A stretch of DNA of 64,000 bases from Azolla caroliniana (Eukaryota > Plantae > Polypodiophyta), in contig JBHGNT010000102.1 in the NCBI GenBank assembly GCA_043228905.1, forward strand, positions 25,827 through 89,826, in the 5' to 3' direction. A program made the translations under genes and the position numbers. Positions 1-14,700 of this stretch are shown here, piece after piece; the stretch's first letter is position 1, and the number at the start of each line of letters is the position of its first letter. Below the pieces are notes generated by a model that saw nothing but the letters and a program-made list of their open reading frames with translations, searched no databases and was not told the DNA's origin.

Positions 1-3000
1 AACAATGCTAGCTATGACATGGAATTAAAAAATCAAGATTTTGAAATTCAGGTCGAGAGACATGAAGAAATTAGCAAATTTGAGGAGGGAGTTGAGAAGA
101 GCCCGTGGGTAAATTAAAATGGTCATACCTGGCTCGTGTGATATCGGATTTCTGTGTTGAAACATGGATATCGAAGTTAACAATGCTAGCTATGATATGG
201 AATTAAAAAAACAAGATTTTCAAACTCAGGTCGAGAGACATGAAGAAATTAGCAAATTTGAGGAGGGAGTTGAGAAGAGCCTGTGAGTAAATTAAAATGT
301 TTATACCAGGCTCGTGTGATAACGGATTTCTGTGTTCAAACATGTGTATCGAAGCTAACAATGCTAGCTATGATATAGAATTAAAAAATCAAGATTTTGA
401 AATTCAGGTCGAGAGACATGAAGAAATTAGCAAATTTGAGGAGGGAGTTGAGAAGAGCCCGTGAGTAAATTAAAATGGTCATACCTGGCTCGTGTTATAT
501 CGGATTTTTGTGTTAAAACATGCGAATCGAAGCTAACAAAGCTAGCTATGATATGGAATTAAAAAATCAAGATTTTGAAACTCAGGTCGAGAGACATGAA
601 GAAATTAGCAAATTTGAGGAGGGAGTTGAGAAGAGCCTGTGAGTAAATTAAAATGTTCATACCTCGCTCGTATGATATCGGATTTTTGTGTTCAAACATG
701 CGTATCGAAGCTAACAATGCTAGCTATGATATGGAATCTAAAAATCAAGATTTTGAAATTCAGGTCGAGAGACATGAAGAAATTAGCAAATTTGAGGAGG
801 GAGTTGAGAAGAGCCCGTGGGTAAATTAAAATGGTCATACCTGGCTCGTGTGATATCGGATTTCTGTGTTGAAACATGCGTATCGAAGCTAACAATGCTA
901 GCTATGATATGGAATTAAAAAAACAAGATTTTGAAACTCAGGTCGAGAGACATGAAGAAATTAGCATATTTGAGGAGGGAGTTGAGAAGAGCCTGTGAGT
1001 AAATTAAAATGTTTATACCAGGCTCGTGTGATAACGGATTTCTGTGTTAAAACATGCGAATCGAAGCTAACAAAGCTAGCTATGATATGGAATTAAAAAA
1101 TCAAGATTTTGAAACTCAGGTCGAGAGACATGAAAAAATTAGCAAATTTGAGGAGGGACTTGGGAAGAGCCCGTGAGTAAATGAAAATGTTCATACCAGG
1201 CTCGTGTGATATCGGATTTCTGTGTTCAAACATGCGTATCGAAGCTAACAATGCTAGCTATGTTATGGAATTAAGAAATCAAGATTTTGAAACTCAGGTC
1301 GAGAGACATGAAGAAATTAGCAAATTTGAGGAGGGACTTGAGAAGAGCCCGTGAGTAAATGAAAATGTTCATACCATGCTCGTGTGATATCGGATTTCTG
1401 TGTTCAAACATGCGTATCGAAGCTAACAATGCTAGCTATGTTATGGAATTAGGAAATCAAGATTTTGAAACTCAGGTCGAGAGACATGAAGGAATTAGCA
1501 AATTTGAGGATGGACTTGAGAAGAGCCCGTGAGTAAATGAAAATGTTCATACCAGGCTCGTGTGATATCGGATTTTTGTGTTCAAACATGCGTATGGAAG
1601 CTAACAATGCTAGCTATAATATGGAATTAAAAAATCAAGATTTTGAAATTCAGGTCGAGAGACATGAAGAAATTAGCAAATTTGAGGAGGGAGTTGAGAA
1701 GAGCCCGTGAGTAAATTAAAATGTTCATACCTGGCTCGTGTGATAACGGATTTCTGTGTTCAAACATGGATATCGAAGCTAACAATGCTAGCTATGATAT
1801 GGACTTAAAAAATCAAGATTTTGAAACTCAGGTCGAGAGACATGAAGAAATTAGCAAATTTGAGAAGGGAGTTGAGAAGAGCCCGTGAGTAAATTAAAAT
1901 GGTCATACCTGGCTCGTGTTATATCGGATTTTTGTGTTAAAACATGCGAATCGAAGCTAACAAAGCTAGCTATGATATGGAATTAAAAAATCAAGATTTT
2001 GAAACTCAGGTCGAGAGACATGAAGAAATTAGCAAATTTGAGGAGGGAGTTGAGAAGAGCCTGTGAGTAAATTAAAATGTTCATACCTCGCTCGTGTGAT
2101 ATCGGATTTTTGTGTTCAAACATGCGTATCGAAGCTAACAATGCTAGCTATGATATGGAATTTAAAAATCAAGATTTTGAAATTCAGGTCGAGAGACATG
2201 AAGAAATTAGAAAAATTGAGGAGGGAGTTGAGAAGAGCCTCTGAGTAAATTAAAATGTTCATACCTCGCTCGTGTGATATCGGATTTCTGTGTTCAAACA
2301 TGGATATCGAAGCTAACAATGCTAGCTATAATATGGACTTAAAAAATCAAGATTTTGAAACTCAGGTCGAGAGACATGAAGAAATTAGCAAATTTGAGAA
2401 GGGAGTTGAGAAGAGCCCGTGAGTAAATTAAAATGGTCATACCTGGCTCGTGTTATATCGGATTTTTGTGTTCAAACATGCGTATCGAAGCTAACAATGT
2501 TAGCTATGATATAGAATTAAAAAATCAAGATTTTGAAACTCAGGTCGAGAGACATGAAGAAATTAGCAAATTTGAGGAGGGAGTTGAGAAGAGCCGGTGA
2601 GTAAATTAAAATGTTCATACCTCGCTCGTGTGATATCGGATTTTTGTGTTCGAACATGCGTATCGAAGCTAACAATGCTAGCTATGATATGGAATTTAAA
2701 AATCAAGATTTTGAAATTCAGGTCGAGAGACATGAAGAAATTAGCAAATTTGAGGAGGGAGTTGAGAAGAGCCTGTGAGTAAATTAAAATGTTCATACCT
2801 GGCTCGTGTGATAACGGATTTTTGTGTTCAAACATGCGTATCGAAGCTAACAATGTTAGCTATGATATAGAATTAAAAAATCAAGATTTTGAAACTCAGG
2901 TCGAGAGACATGAAGAAATTAGCAAATTTGAGGAGGGAGTTGAGAAGAGCCTGTGAGTAAATGAAAATGTTCATACCAGGCTCGGGTGATATCGGATTTT

Positions 3001-6000
3001 TGTGTTCAAACATGGATAACGAAGATAACAATGCTAGCTATGATATGGACTTAAAAAATCAAGATTTTGAAACTCAGGTCGAGAGACATGAAGAAATTAG
3101 CAAATTTGAGGAGGGAGTTGAGAAGAGCCCGTGGGTAAATGAAAATGGTCATACCTGGCTCGTGTGATATCGGATTTCTGTGTTGAAACATGCGTATCGA
3201 AGCTAACAATGCTAGCTATGATATGGAATTAAAAAAACAAGATTTGGAAACTCAGGTCGAGAGACATGAAGAAATTAGCATATTTGAGGAGGGAGTTGAG
3301 AAGAGCCCGTGAGTAAATGAAAATGTTCATACCAGGCTCGTGTGATATCGGATTTTTGTGTTCAAACATGCGTATCGAAGCTAACAATGCTAGCTATGAT
3401 ATAGAATTAAAAAATCAAGATTTTGAAACTCAGGTCGAGAGACATGAAAAAATTAGCAAATTTGAGGAGGGACTTGAGAAGAGCCCGTGAGTAAATGAAA
3501 ATGTTCATACCAGGCTCGTGTGATATCGGATTTCTGTGTTCAAACATGCGTATCGAAGCTAACAATGCTAGCTATAATATGGAATTAAAAAATCAAGATT
3601 TTGAAAGTCAGGTCGAGAGACATGAAGAAATTAGCAAATTTGAGGAGGGAGTTGAGAAGAGCCTGTGAGTAAATTAAAATGTTTATACCAGGCTCGTGTG
3701 ATAACGGATTTCTGTGTTAAAACATGCGAATCGAAGCTAACAAAGCTAGCTATGATATGGAATTAAAAAATCAAGATTTTGAAACTCAGGTCGAGAGACA
3801 TGAAAAAATTAGCAAATTTGAGGAGGGACTTGGGAAGAGCCCGTGAGTAAATGAAAATGTTCATACCAGGCTCGTGTGATATCGGATTTCTGTGTTCAAA
3901 CATGCGTATCGAAGCTAACAATGCTAGCTATGTTATGGAATTAAGAAATCAAGATTTTGAAACTCAGGTCGAGAGACATGAAGAAATTAGCAAATTTGAG
4001 GAGGGACTTGAGAAGAGCCCGTGAGTAAATGAAAATGTTCATACCATGCTCGTGTGATATCGGATTTCTGTGTTCAAACATGCGTATCGAAGCTAACAAT
4101 GCTAGCTATGTTATGGAATTAGGAAATCAAGATTTTGAAACTCAGGTCGAGAGACATGAAGGAATTAGCAAATTTGAGGATGGACTTGAGAAGAGCCCGT
4201 GAGTAAATGAAAATGTTCATACCAGGCTCGTGTGATATCGGATTTTTGTGTTCAAACATGCGTATCGAAGCTAACAATGCTAGCTATAATATGGAATTAA
4301 AAAATCAAGATTTTGAAATTCAGGTCGAGAGACATGAAGAAATTAGCAAATTTGAGGAGGGAGTTGAGAAGAGCCCGTGAGTAAATTAAAATGTTCATAC
4401 CTGGCTCGTGTGATAACGGATTTCTGTGTTCAAACATGGATATCGAAGCTAACAATGCTAGCTATGATATGGACTTAAAAAATCAAGAGTTTGAAACTCA
4501 GGTCGAGAGACATGAAGAAATTAGCAAATTTGAGAAGGGAGTTGAGAAGAGCCCGTGAGTAAATTAAAATGGTCATACCTGGCTCGTGTTATATCGGATT
4601 TTTGTGTTAAAACATGCGAATCGAAGCTAACAAAGCTAGCTATGATATGGAATTAAAAAATCAAGATTTTGAAACTCAGGTCGAGAGACATGAAGAAATT
4701 AGCAAATTTGAGGAGGGAGTTGAGAAGAGCCTGTGAGTAAATTAAAATGTTCATACCTCGCTCGTGTGATATCGGATTTTTGTGTTCAAACATGCGTATC
4801 GAAGCTAACAATGCTAGCTATGATATGGAATTTAAAAATCAAGATTTTGAAATTCAGGTCGAGAGACATGAAGAAATTAGAAAAATTGAGGAGGGAGTTG
4901 AGAAGAGCCTCTGAGTAAATTAAAATGTTCATACCTCGCTCGTGTGATATCGGATTTCTGTGTTCAAACATGGATATCGAAGCTAACAATGCTAGCTATG
5001 ATATGGACTTAAAAAATCAAGATTTTGAAACTCAGGTCGAGAGACATGAAGAAATTAGCAAATTTGAGAAGGGAGTTGAGAAGAGCCCGTGAGTAAATTA
5101 AAATGGTCATACCTGGCTCGTGTTATATCGGATTTTTGTGTTCAAACATGCGTATCGAAGCTAACAATGTTAGCTATGATATAGAATTAAAAAATCAAGA
5201 TTTTGAAACTCAGGTCGAGAGACATGAAGAAATTAGCAAATTTGAGGAGGGAGTTGAGAAGAGCCTGTGAGTAAATTAAAATGTTCATACCTCGCTCGTG
5301 TGATATCGGATTTTTGTGTTCGAACATGCGTATCGAAGCTAACAATGCTAGCTATGATATGGAATTTAAAAATCAAGATTTTGAAATTCAGGTCGAGAGA
5401 CATGAAGAAATTAGCAAATTTGAGGAGGGAGTTGAGAAGAGCCTGTGAGTAAATTAAAATGTTCATACCTGGCTCGTGTGATAACGGATTTTTGTGTTCA
5501 AACATGCGTATCGAAGCTAACAATGTTAGCTATGATATAGAATTAAAAAATCAAGATTTTGAAACTCAGGTCGAGAGACATGAAGAAATTAGCAAATTTG
5601 AGGAGGGAGTTGAGAAGAGCCTGTGAGTAAATGAAAATGTTCATACCAGGCTCGGGTGATATCGGATTTTTGTGTTCAAACATGGATAACGAAGATAACA
5701 ATGCTAGCTATGATATGGACTTAAAAAATCAAGATTTTGAAACTCAGGTCGAGAGACATGAAGAAATTAGCAAATTTGAGGAGGGAGTTGAGAAGAGCCC
5801 GTGGGTAAATGAAAATGGTCATACCTGGCTCGTGTGATATCGGATTTCTGTGTTGAAACATGCGTATCGAAGCTAACAATGCTAGCTATGATATGGAATT
5901 AAAAAAACAAGATTTGGAAACTCAGGTCGAGAGACATGAAGAAATTAGCATATTTGAGGAGGGAGTTGAGAAGAGCCCGTGAGTAAATGAAAATGTTCAT

Positions 6001-8732
6001 ACCAGGCTCGTGTGATATCGGATTTTTGTGTTCAAACATGCGTATCGAAGCTAACAATGCTAGCTATGATATAGAATTAAAAAATCAAGATTTTGAAACT
6101 CAGGTCGAGAGACATGAAAAAATTAGCAAATTTGAGGAGGGACTTGAGAAGAGCCCGTGAGTAAATGAAAATGTTCATACCAGGCTCGTGTGATATCGGA
6201 TTTCTGTGTTCAAACATGCGTATCGAAGCTAACAATGCTAGCTATAATATGGAATTAAAAAATCAAGATTTTGAAATTCAGGTCGAGAGACATGAAGAAA
6301 TTAGCAAATTTGAGGAGGGAGTTGAGAAGAGCCCGTGAGTAAATTAAAATGTTCATACCTGGCTCGTGTGATAACAGATTTCTGTGTTCAAACATGGATA
6401 TCGAAGCTAACAATGCTAGCTATGATATGGACTTAAAAAATCAAGATTTTGAAACTCAGGTCGAGAGACATGAAGAAATTACCAAATTTGAGAGGGGAGT
6501 TGAGAAGAGCCCGTGAGTAAATTAAAATGGTCATACCTGGCTCGTGTTATATCGGATTTTTGTGTTAAAACATGCGAATCGAAGCTAACAAAGCTAGCTA
6601 TGATATGGAATTAAAAAATCAAGATTTTGAAACTCAGGTCGATAGACATGAAAAAATTAGCAAATTTGAGGAGGGACTTGAGAAGAGCCCGTGAGTAAAT
6701 GAAAATGTTCATACCAGGCTCGTGTGATATCGGATATCTGTGTTCAAACATGCGTATCGAAGCTAACAATGCTAGCTATGATATAGAATTAAGAAATCAA
6801 GATTTTGAAACTCAGGTCGAGAGACATGAACAAATTAGCAAATTTGAGGAGGGACTTGAGAAGAGCCCGTGAGTAAATGAAAATGTTCATACCAGGCTCG
6901 TGTGATATCGGATTTCTTTGTTCAAACATGCGTATCGAAGCTAACAATGCTAGCTATGATATGGAATTAAAAAATCAAGATTTTGAAATTCAGGTCGAGA
7001 GACATGAAGAAATTAGAAAAATTGAGGAGGGAGTTGAGAAGAGCCTGTGAGTAAATGGAAATGTTCATACCTCGCTCGTGTGATATCGGATTTTTGTGTT
7101 CAAACATGCGTATCGAAGCTAACAATGCTAGCTATGATATGGAATTAAAAAATCAAGATTTTGAAATTCAGGTCGAGAGACATGAAGAAATTAGCAAATT
7201 TGAGGAGGGAGTTGACAAGAGCCTGTGAGTAAATTAAAATGTTCATACCTGGCTCGTGTGATAACGGATTTTTGTGTTCAAACATGCGTATCGAAGCTAA
7301 CAATGTTAGCTATGATATAGAATTAAAAAATCAAGATTTTGAAACTCAGGTCGAGAGACATGAAGAAATTAGCAAATTTGAGGAGGGAGTTGAGAAGAGC
7401 CTGTGAGTAAATTAAAATGTTCATACCTCGCTCGTGTGATATCGGATTTTTGTGTTCAAACATGGATAACGAAGCTAACGATGCTAGCTATGATATGGAA
7501 TTTAAAAATCAACATTTTGAAATTCAGGTCGAGAGACATGAAGAAATTAGCAAATTTGAGGAGGAAGTTGAGAAGAGCCTGTGAGTAAATTAAAATGTTC
7601 ATACCTGGCTCGTGTGATAACGGATTTTTGTGTTCAAACATGCGTATCGAAGCTAACAATGCTAGCTATGATATAGAATTAAAAAAACAAGATTTTGAAA
7701 CTCAGGTCGAGAGACATGAAGAAATTAGCAAATTTGAGGAGGGAGTTGAGAAGAGCCTGTGAGTAAATGAAAATGTTCATACCAGGCTCGGGTGATAACG
7801 GATATCTGTGTTCAAACATGCGTATCGAAGCTAACAATGCTAGCTATGATATGGACTTAAAAAATCAAGATTTTGAAACTCAGGTCGAGAGACATGAAGA
7901 AATTAGCAAATTTGAGGAGGGAGTTGAGAAGAGCCCGTGGGTAAATGAAAATGGTCATACCTGGCTCGTGTGATATCGGATTTCTGTGTTGAAACATGCG
8001 TATCGAAGCTAACAATGCTAGCTATGATATGGAATTAAAAAAACAAGATTTGGAAACTCAGGTCGAGAGACATGAAGAAATTAGCATATTTGAGGAGGGA
8101 GTTGAGAAGAGCCCGTGAGTAAATGAAAATGTTCATACCAGGCTCGTGTGATATCGGATTTTTGTGTTCAAACATGCGTATCGAAGCTAACAATGCTAGC
8201 TATGATATAGAATTAAAAAATCAAGATTTTGAAACTCAGGTCGAGAGACATGAAAAAATTAGCAAATTTGAGGAGGGACTTGAGAAGAGCCCGTGAGTAA
8301 ATGAAAATGTTCATACCAGGCTCGTGTGATATCGGATTTCTGTGTTCAAACATGCGTATCGAAGCTAACAATGCTAGCTATAATATGGAATTAAAAAATC
8401 AAGATTTTGAAATTCAGGTCGAGAGACATGAAGAAATTAGCAAATTTGAGGAGGGAGTTGAGAAGAGCCCGTGAGTAAATTAAAATGTTCATACCTGGCT
8501 CGTGTGATAACGGATTTCTGTGTTCAAACATGGATATCGAAGCTAACAATGCTAGCTATGATATGGACTTAAAAAATCAAGATTTTGAAACTCAGGTCGA
8601 GAGACATGAAGAAATTACCAAATTTGAGAAGGGAGTTGAGAAGAGCCCGTGAGTAAATTAAAATGGTCATACCTGGCTCGTGTTATAAATCGAAGCTAAC
8701 AAAGCTAGCTATGATATGGAATTAAAAAATCA
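1..8732 (+). repeat. 178-bp tandem satellite array, orientation 1 (purine-rich strand on +), ~49 monomers, continues upstream of the window
   Basis: Recurring unit GAGAGACATGAAGAAATTAGCAAATTTGAGGAGGGAGTTGAGAAGAGCCYGTGAGTAAATKAAAATGKTCATACCWGGCTCGTGTGATAWCGGATTTYTGTGTTCAAACATGCGTATCGAAGCTAACAATGCTAGCTATGATATRGAATTAAAAAATCAAGATTTTGAAAYTCAGGTC. Equivalent ORF starts at 639 and 7403 are 6764 = 38x178 apart. Confidence 0.98.
970..6310 (+). repeat. Higher-order tandem duplication, 15 monomers (2670 bp) x2
   Basis: Identical ORF pairs offset by 2670 (2063/4733, 2597/5267, 2961/5631). Shared rare variants TGGGAAGAGC (1161/3831) and ACCATGCT (1373/4043). Boundaries are approximate. Confidence 0.9.
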
Positions 8733-8770
8733 TAGCTAACAAAGCTAGCTATGATATCGAAGCTACGATA
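8688..8770. other. Strand-switch (inversion/fold-back) junction in the satellite, with deletion and templated insertions
   Basis: 25 bp of the monomer are missing after 8687. The forward monomer ends at 8732. 8734-8757 duplicates 8694-8717, 8729-8738 is the reverse complement of 8706-8715, and reverse-strand monomers start at ~8761-8766. Confidence 0.93.
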
Positions 8771-11700
8771 TGCATGTTTGAACACAAAAATCCGATATCA
8801 CACGAGCCTGGTATGAACATTTTCATTTACTCACGGGCTCTTCTCAACTCCCTCCTCAAATATGCTAATTTCTTCATGTCTCTCGACCTGAGTTTCCAAA
8901 TCTTGTTTTTTTAATTCCATATCATAGCTAGCATTGTTAGCTTCGATACGCATGTTTCAACACAGAAATCCGATATCACACGAGCCAGGTATGACCATTT
9001 TCATTTACCCACGGGCTCTTCTCAACTCCCTCCTCAAATTTGCTAATTTCTTCATGTCTCTCGACCTGAGTTTCAAAATCTTGATTTTTGAAGTCCATAT
9101 CATAGCTAGCATTGTTATCTTCGTTATCCATGTTTGAACACAAAAATCCGATATCACACGAGCCTGGTATAAACATTTTCATTTACTCACAGGCTCTTCT
9201 CAAGTCCCTCCTCAAATTTGCTAATTTCTTCATGTCTCTCGACCTGAGTTTCAAAATCTTGATTTTTTAATTCCATATTATAGCTAACATTGTTAGCTTC
9301 GATACGCATGTTTGAACACAGAAATCCGTTATCACACGAGCCAGGTATGAACATTTTAATTTACTCACAGGCTCTTCTCAACTCCCTCCTCAAATTTGCT
9401 AATTTCTTCATGTCTCTCGACCTGAATTTCAAAATCTTGATTTTTAAATTCCATATCATAGCTAGCATTGTTAGCTTCGATACGCATTTTCGAACACAAA
9501 AATCCGATATCACACGAGCGAGGTATGAACATTTTAATTTACTCACAGGCTCTTCTCAACTCCCTCCTCAAATTTGCTAATTTCTTCATGTCTCTCGACC
9601 TGAGTTTCAAAATCTTGATTTTTTAATTCTATATCATAGCTAACATTGTTAGCTTCGATACGCATGTTTGAACACAAAAATCCGTTATCACACGAGCCAG
9701 GTATGAACATTTTAATTTACTCACAGGCTCTTCTCAATTCCCTCCTCAAATTTGCTAATTTCTTCATGTCTCTCGACCTGAATTTCAAAATCTTGATTTT
9801 TAAATTCCATATCATAGCTAGCATTGTTAGCTTCGATACGCATGTTTGAACACAAAAATCCGATATCACACGAGCGAGGTATGAACATTTTAATTTACTC
9901 ACAGGCTCTTCTCAACTCCCTCCTCAAATTTGCTAATTTCTTCATGTCTCTCGACCTGAGTTTCAAAATCTTGATTTTTTAATTCCATATCATAGCTAGC
10001 TTTGTTAGCTTCGATTCGCATGTTTTAACACAAAAATCCGATATAACACGAGCCAGGTATGACCATTTTAATTTACTCACGGGCTCTTCTCAACTCCCTC
10101 CTCAAATTTGCTAATTTCTTCATGTCTCTCGACCTGAGTTTCAAAATCTTGATTTTTTAATTCCATATCATAGCTAGCTTTGTTAGCTTCGATTCGCATG
10201 TTTTAACACAAAAATCCGATATAACACGAGCCAGGTATGACCATTTTAATTTACTCACGGGCTCTTCTCAACTCCCTTCTCAAATTTGCTAATTTCTTCA
10301 TGTCTCTCGACCTGAGTTTCAAAATCTTGATTTTTTAAGTCCATATCATAGCTAGCATTGTTAGCTTCGATATCCATGTTTGAACACAGAAATCCGTTAT
10401 CACACGAGCCAGGTATGAACATTTTAATTTACTCACGGGCTCTTCTCAACTCCCTCCTCAAATTTGCTAATTTCTTCATGTCTCTCGACCTGAGTTTCAA
10501 AATCTTGATTTTTTAAGTCCATATCATAGCTAGCATTGTTAGCTTCGATATCCATGTTTGAACACAGAAATCCGTTATCACACGAGCCAGGTATGAACAT
10601 TTTAATTTACTCACGGGCTCTTCTCAACTCCCTCCTCAAATTTGCTAATTTCTTCATGTCTCTCGACCTGAATTTCAAAATCTTGATTTTTTAATTCTAT
10701 ATCATAGCTAGCATTGTTAGCTTCGATACGCATGTTTGAACACAGAAATCCGTTATCACACGAGCCTGGTATAAACATTTTAATTTACTCACAGGCTCTT
10801 CTCAACTCCCTCCTCAAATATGCTAATTTCTTCATGTCTCTCGACCTGAGTTTCAAAATCTTGTTTTTTTAATTCCATATCATAGCTAGCATTGTTAGCT
10901 TCGATACGCATGTTTCAACACAGAAATCCGATATCACACGAGCCAGGTATGACCATTTTAATTTACCCACGGGCTCTTCTCAACTCCCTCCTCAAATTTG
11001 CTAATTTCTTCATGTCTCTCGACCTGAGTTTCAAAATCTTGATTTTTTAAGTCCATATTATAGCTAGCATTGTTAGCTTCGTTATCCATGTTTGAACACA
11101 AAAATCCGATATCACCCGAGCCTGGTATGAACATTTTAATTTACTCACAGGCTCTTCTCAACTCCCTCCTCAAATTTGCTAATTTCTTCATGTCTCTCGA
11201 CCTGAGTTTCAAAATCTTGATTTTTTAATTCTATATCATAGCTAACATTGTTAGCTTCGATACGCATGTTTGAACACAAAAATCCGTTATCACACGAGCC
11301 AGGTATGAACATTTTAATTTACTCACAGGCTCTTCTCAACTCCCTCCTCAAATTTGCTAATTTCTTCATGTCTCTCGACCTGAATTTCAAAATGTTGATT
11401 TTTAAATTCCATATCATAGCTAGCATTGTTAGCTTCGATACGCATGTTTGAACACAAAAATCCGATATCACACGAGCGAGGTATAAACATTTTAATTTAC
11501 TCACAGGCTCTTCTCAACTCCCTCCTCAAATTTGCTAATTTCTTCATGTCTCTCGACCTGAGTTTCAAAATCTTGATTTTTTAATTCCATATCATAGCTA
11601 GCTTTGTTAGCTTCGATTCGCATGTTTTAACACAAAAATCCGATATAACACGAGCCAGGTATGACCATTTTAATTTACTCACGGGCTCTTCTCAACTCCC

Positions 11701-14700
11701 TTCTCAAATTTGCTAATTTCTTCATGTCTCTCGACCTGAGTTTCAAAATCTTGATTTTTGAAGTCCATATCATAGCTAGCATTGTTAGCTTCGATATCCA
11801 TGTTTGAACACAGAAATCCGTTATCACACGAGCCAGGTATGAACATTTTAATTTACTCACGGGCTCTTCTCAACTCCCTCCTCAAATTTGCTAATTTCTT
11901 CATGTCTCTCGACCTGAATTTCAAAATCTTGATTTTTTAATTCCATATTATAGCTAGCATTGTTAGCTTCGATACACATGTTTGAACACAGAAATCCGAT
12001 ATCACACGAGCGAGGTATGAACATTTTAATTTACTCAGAGGCTCTTCTCAACTCCCTCCTCAATTTTTCTAATTTCTTCATGTCTCTCGACCTGAATTTC
12101 AAAATCTTGATTTTTTAATTCCATATCATAGCTAGCATTGTTAGCTTCGATACGCATGTTTGAACACAAAAATCCGATATCACACGAGCCTGGTATGAAC
12201 ATTTTCATTTACTCATGGGCTCTTCTCAAGTCCCTCCTCAAATTTGCTAATTTGTTCATGTCTCTCGACCTGAGTTTCAAAATCTTGATTTCTTAATTCC
12301 ATAACATAGCTAGCATTGTTAGCTTCGATACGCATGTTTGAACACAGAAATCCGATATCACACGAGCCTGGTATGAACATTTTCATTTACTCACGGGCTC
12401 TTCTCAAGTCCCTCCTCAAATTTGCTAATTTTTTCATGTCTATCGACCTGAGTTTCAAAACCTTGATTTTTTAATTCCATATCATAGCTAGCATCGTTAG
12501 CTTCGTTATCCATGTTTGAACACAAAAATCCGATATCACCCGAGCCTGGTATGAACATTTTAATTTACTCACAGGCTCTTCTCAACTCCCTCCTCAAATT
12601 TTCTAATTTCTTCATGTCTCTCGACCTGAATTTCAAAATCTTCATTTTTTAATTCTATATCATAGCTAACATTGTTAGCTTCGATACGCATGTTTGAACA
12701 CAAAAATCCGATATAACACGAGCCAGGTATGACCATTTTAATTTACTCACAGGCTCTTCTCAACTCCCTTCTCAAATTTGGTAATTTCTTCATGTCTTTC
12801 GACCTGAGTTTCAAAATCTTGATTTTTTAAGTCCATATCATAGCTAGCATTGTTAGCTTCGATATCCATGTTTGAACACAGAAATCTGTTATCACACGAG
12901 CCAGGTATGAACATTTTAATTTACTCACAGGCTCTTCTCAACTCCCTCCTCAAATTTTCTAATTTCTTCATGTCTCTCGACCTGAATTTCAAAATCTTCA
13001 TTTTTTAATTCTATATCATAGCTAACATTGTTAGCTTCGATACGCATGTTTGAACACAAAAATCCGATATAACACGAGCCAGGTATGACCATTTTAATTT
13101 ACTCACGGGCTCTTCTCAACTCCCTCCTCAAATTTGCTAATTTCTTCATGTCTCTCGACCTGAATTTCAAAATCTTGATTTTTTAATTCCATATTATAGC
13201 TAGCATTGTTAGCTTCGATACGCATGTTTGAACACAGAAATCCGATATCACACGAGCCTGGTATGAACATTTTCATTTACTCACGGGCTCTTCTCAAGTC
13301 CCTCCTCAAATTTGCTAATTTGTTCATGTCTCTCGACCTGAGTTTCAAAATCTTGATTTCTTAATTCTATAACATAGCTAGCATTGTTAGCTTCGATACG
13401 CATGTTTGAACACAGAAATCCGATATCACACGAGCCTGGTATGAACATTTTCATTTACTCACGGGCTCTTCTCAAGTCCCTCCTCAAATTTGCTAATTTT
13501 TTCATGTCTATCGACCTGAGTTTCAAAATCTTGATTTTTTAATTCCATATCATAGCTAGCTTTGTTAGCTTCGATTCGCATGTTTTAACACAAAAATCCG
13601 ATATAACACGAGCCAGGTATGACCATTTTAATTTACTCACGGGCTCTTCTCAACTCCCTTCTCAAATTTGCTAATTTCTTCATGTCTCTCGACCTGAGTT
13701 TCAAAATCTTGATTTTTTAAGTCCATATCATAGCTAGCATTGTTAGCTTCGATATCCATGTTTGAACACAGAAATCCGTTATCACACGAGCCAGGTATGA
13801 ACATTTTAATTTACTCACGGGCTCTTCTCAACTCCCTCCTCAAATTTGCTAATTTCTTCATGTCTCTCGACCTGAATTTCAAAATCTTGATTTTTTAATT
13901 CCATATTATAGCTAGCATTGTTAGCTTCGATACGCATGTTTGAACACAGAAATCCGATATCACACGAGCCTGGTATGAACATTTTCATTTACTCACGGGC
14001 TCTTCTCAAGTCCCTCCTCAAATTTGCTAATTTTTTCATGTCTCTCGACCTGAGTTTCAAAATCTTGATTTTTTAATTCTATATCATAGCTAGCATTGTT
14101 AGCTTCGATACGCATGTTTGAACACAGAAATCCGTTATCACACGAGCCTGGTATAAACATTTTTATTTACTCACAGGCTCTTCTCAACTCCCTCCTCAAA
14201 TATGCTAATTTCTTCATGTCTCTCGACCTGAGTTTCAAAATCTTGTTTTTTTAATTCCATAACATAGCTAGCATTGTTAGCTTCGATACGCATGTTTCAA
14301 CACAGAAATCCGATATCACACGAGGCAGGTATGACCATTTTAATTTACCCACGGGCTCTTCTCAACTCCCTCATCAAATTTGCTAATATCTTCATGTCTC
14401 TCGACCTGAGTTTCAAAATCTTGATTTTTTAAGTCCATATCATAGCTAGCATCGTTAGCTTCGTTATCCATGTTTGAACACAAAAATCCGATATCACCCG
14501 AGCCTGGTATGAACATTTTAATTTACTCACAGGCTCTTCTCAACTCCCTCCTCAAATTTGCTAATTTCTTCATGTCTCTCGACCTGAGTTTCAAAATCTT
14601 GATTTTTTAATTCTATATCATAGCTAACATTGTTATCTTCGATACGCATGTTTGAACACAAAAATCCGTTATCACACGAGCCAGGTATGAACATTTTAAT

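Noticed and set aside
79-100. GAGGAGG / GGAG as Shine-Dalgarno sites or a G-quadruplex motif
   Set aside because: Part of the satellite's purine tract in a eukaryotic context, with only one GGG run, insufficient for a canonical G4.
7900-9600. Perfect giant palindrome or read fold-back artefact at the strand switch
   Set aside because: The arms are not exact mirror images. The right side mirrors from ~8183 rather than 8732 and diverges within ~2 monomers, and the junction has complex templated filler.
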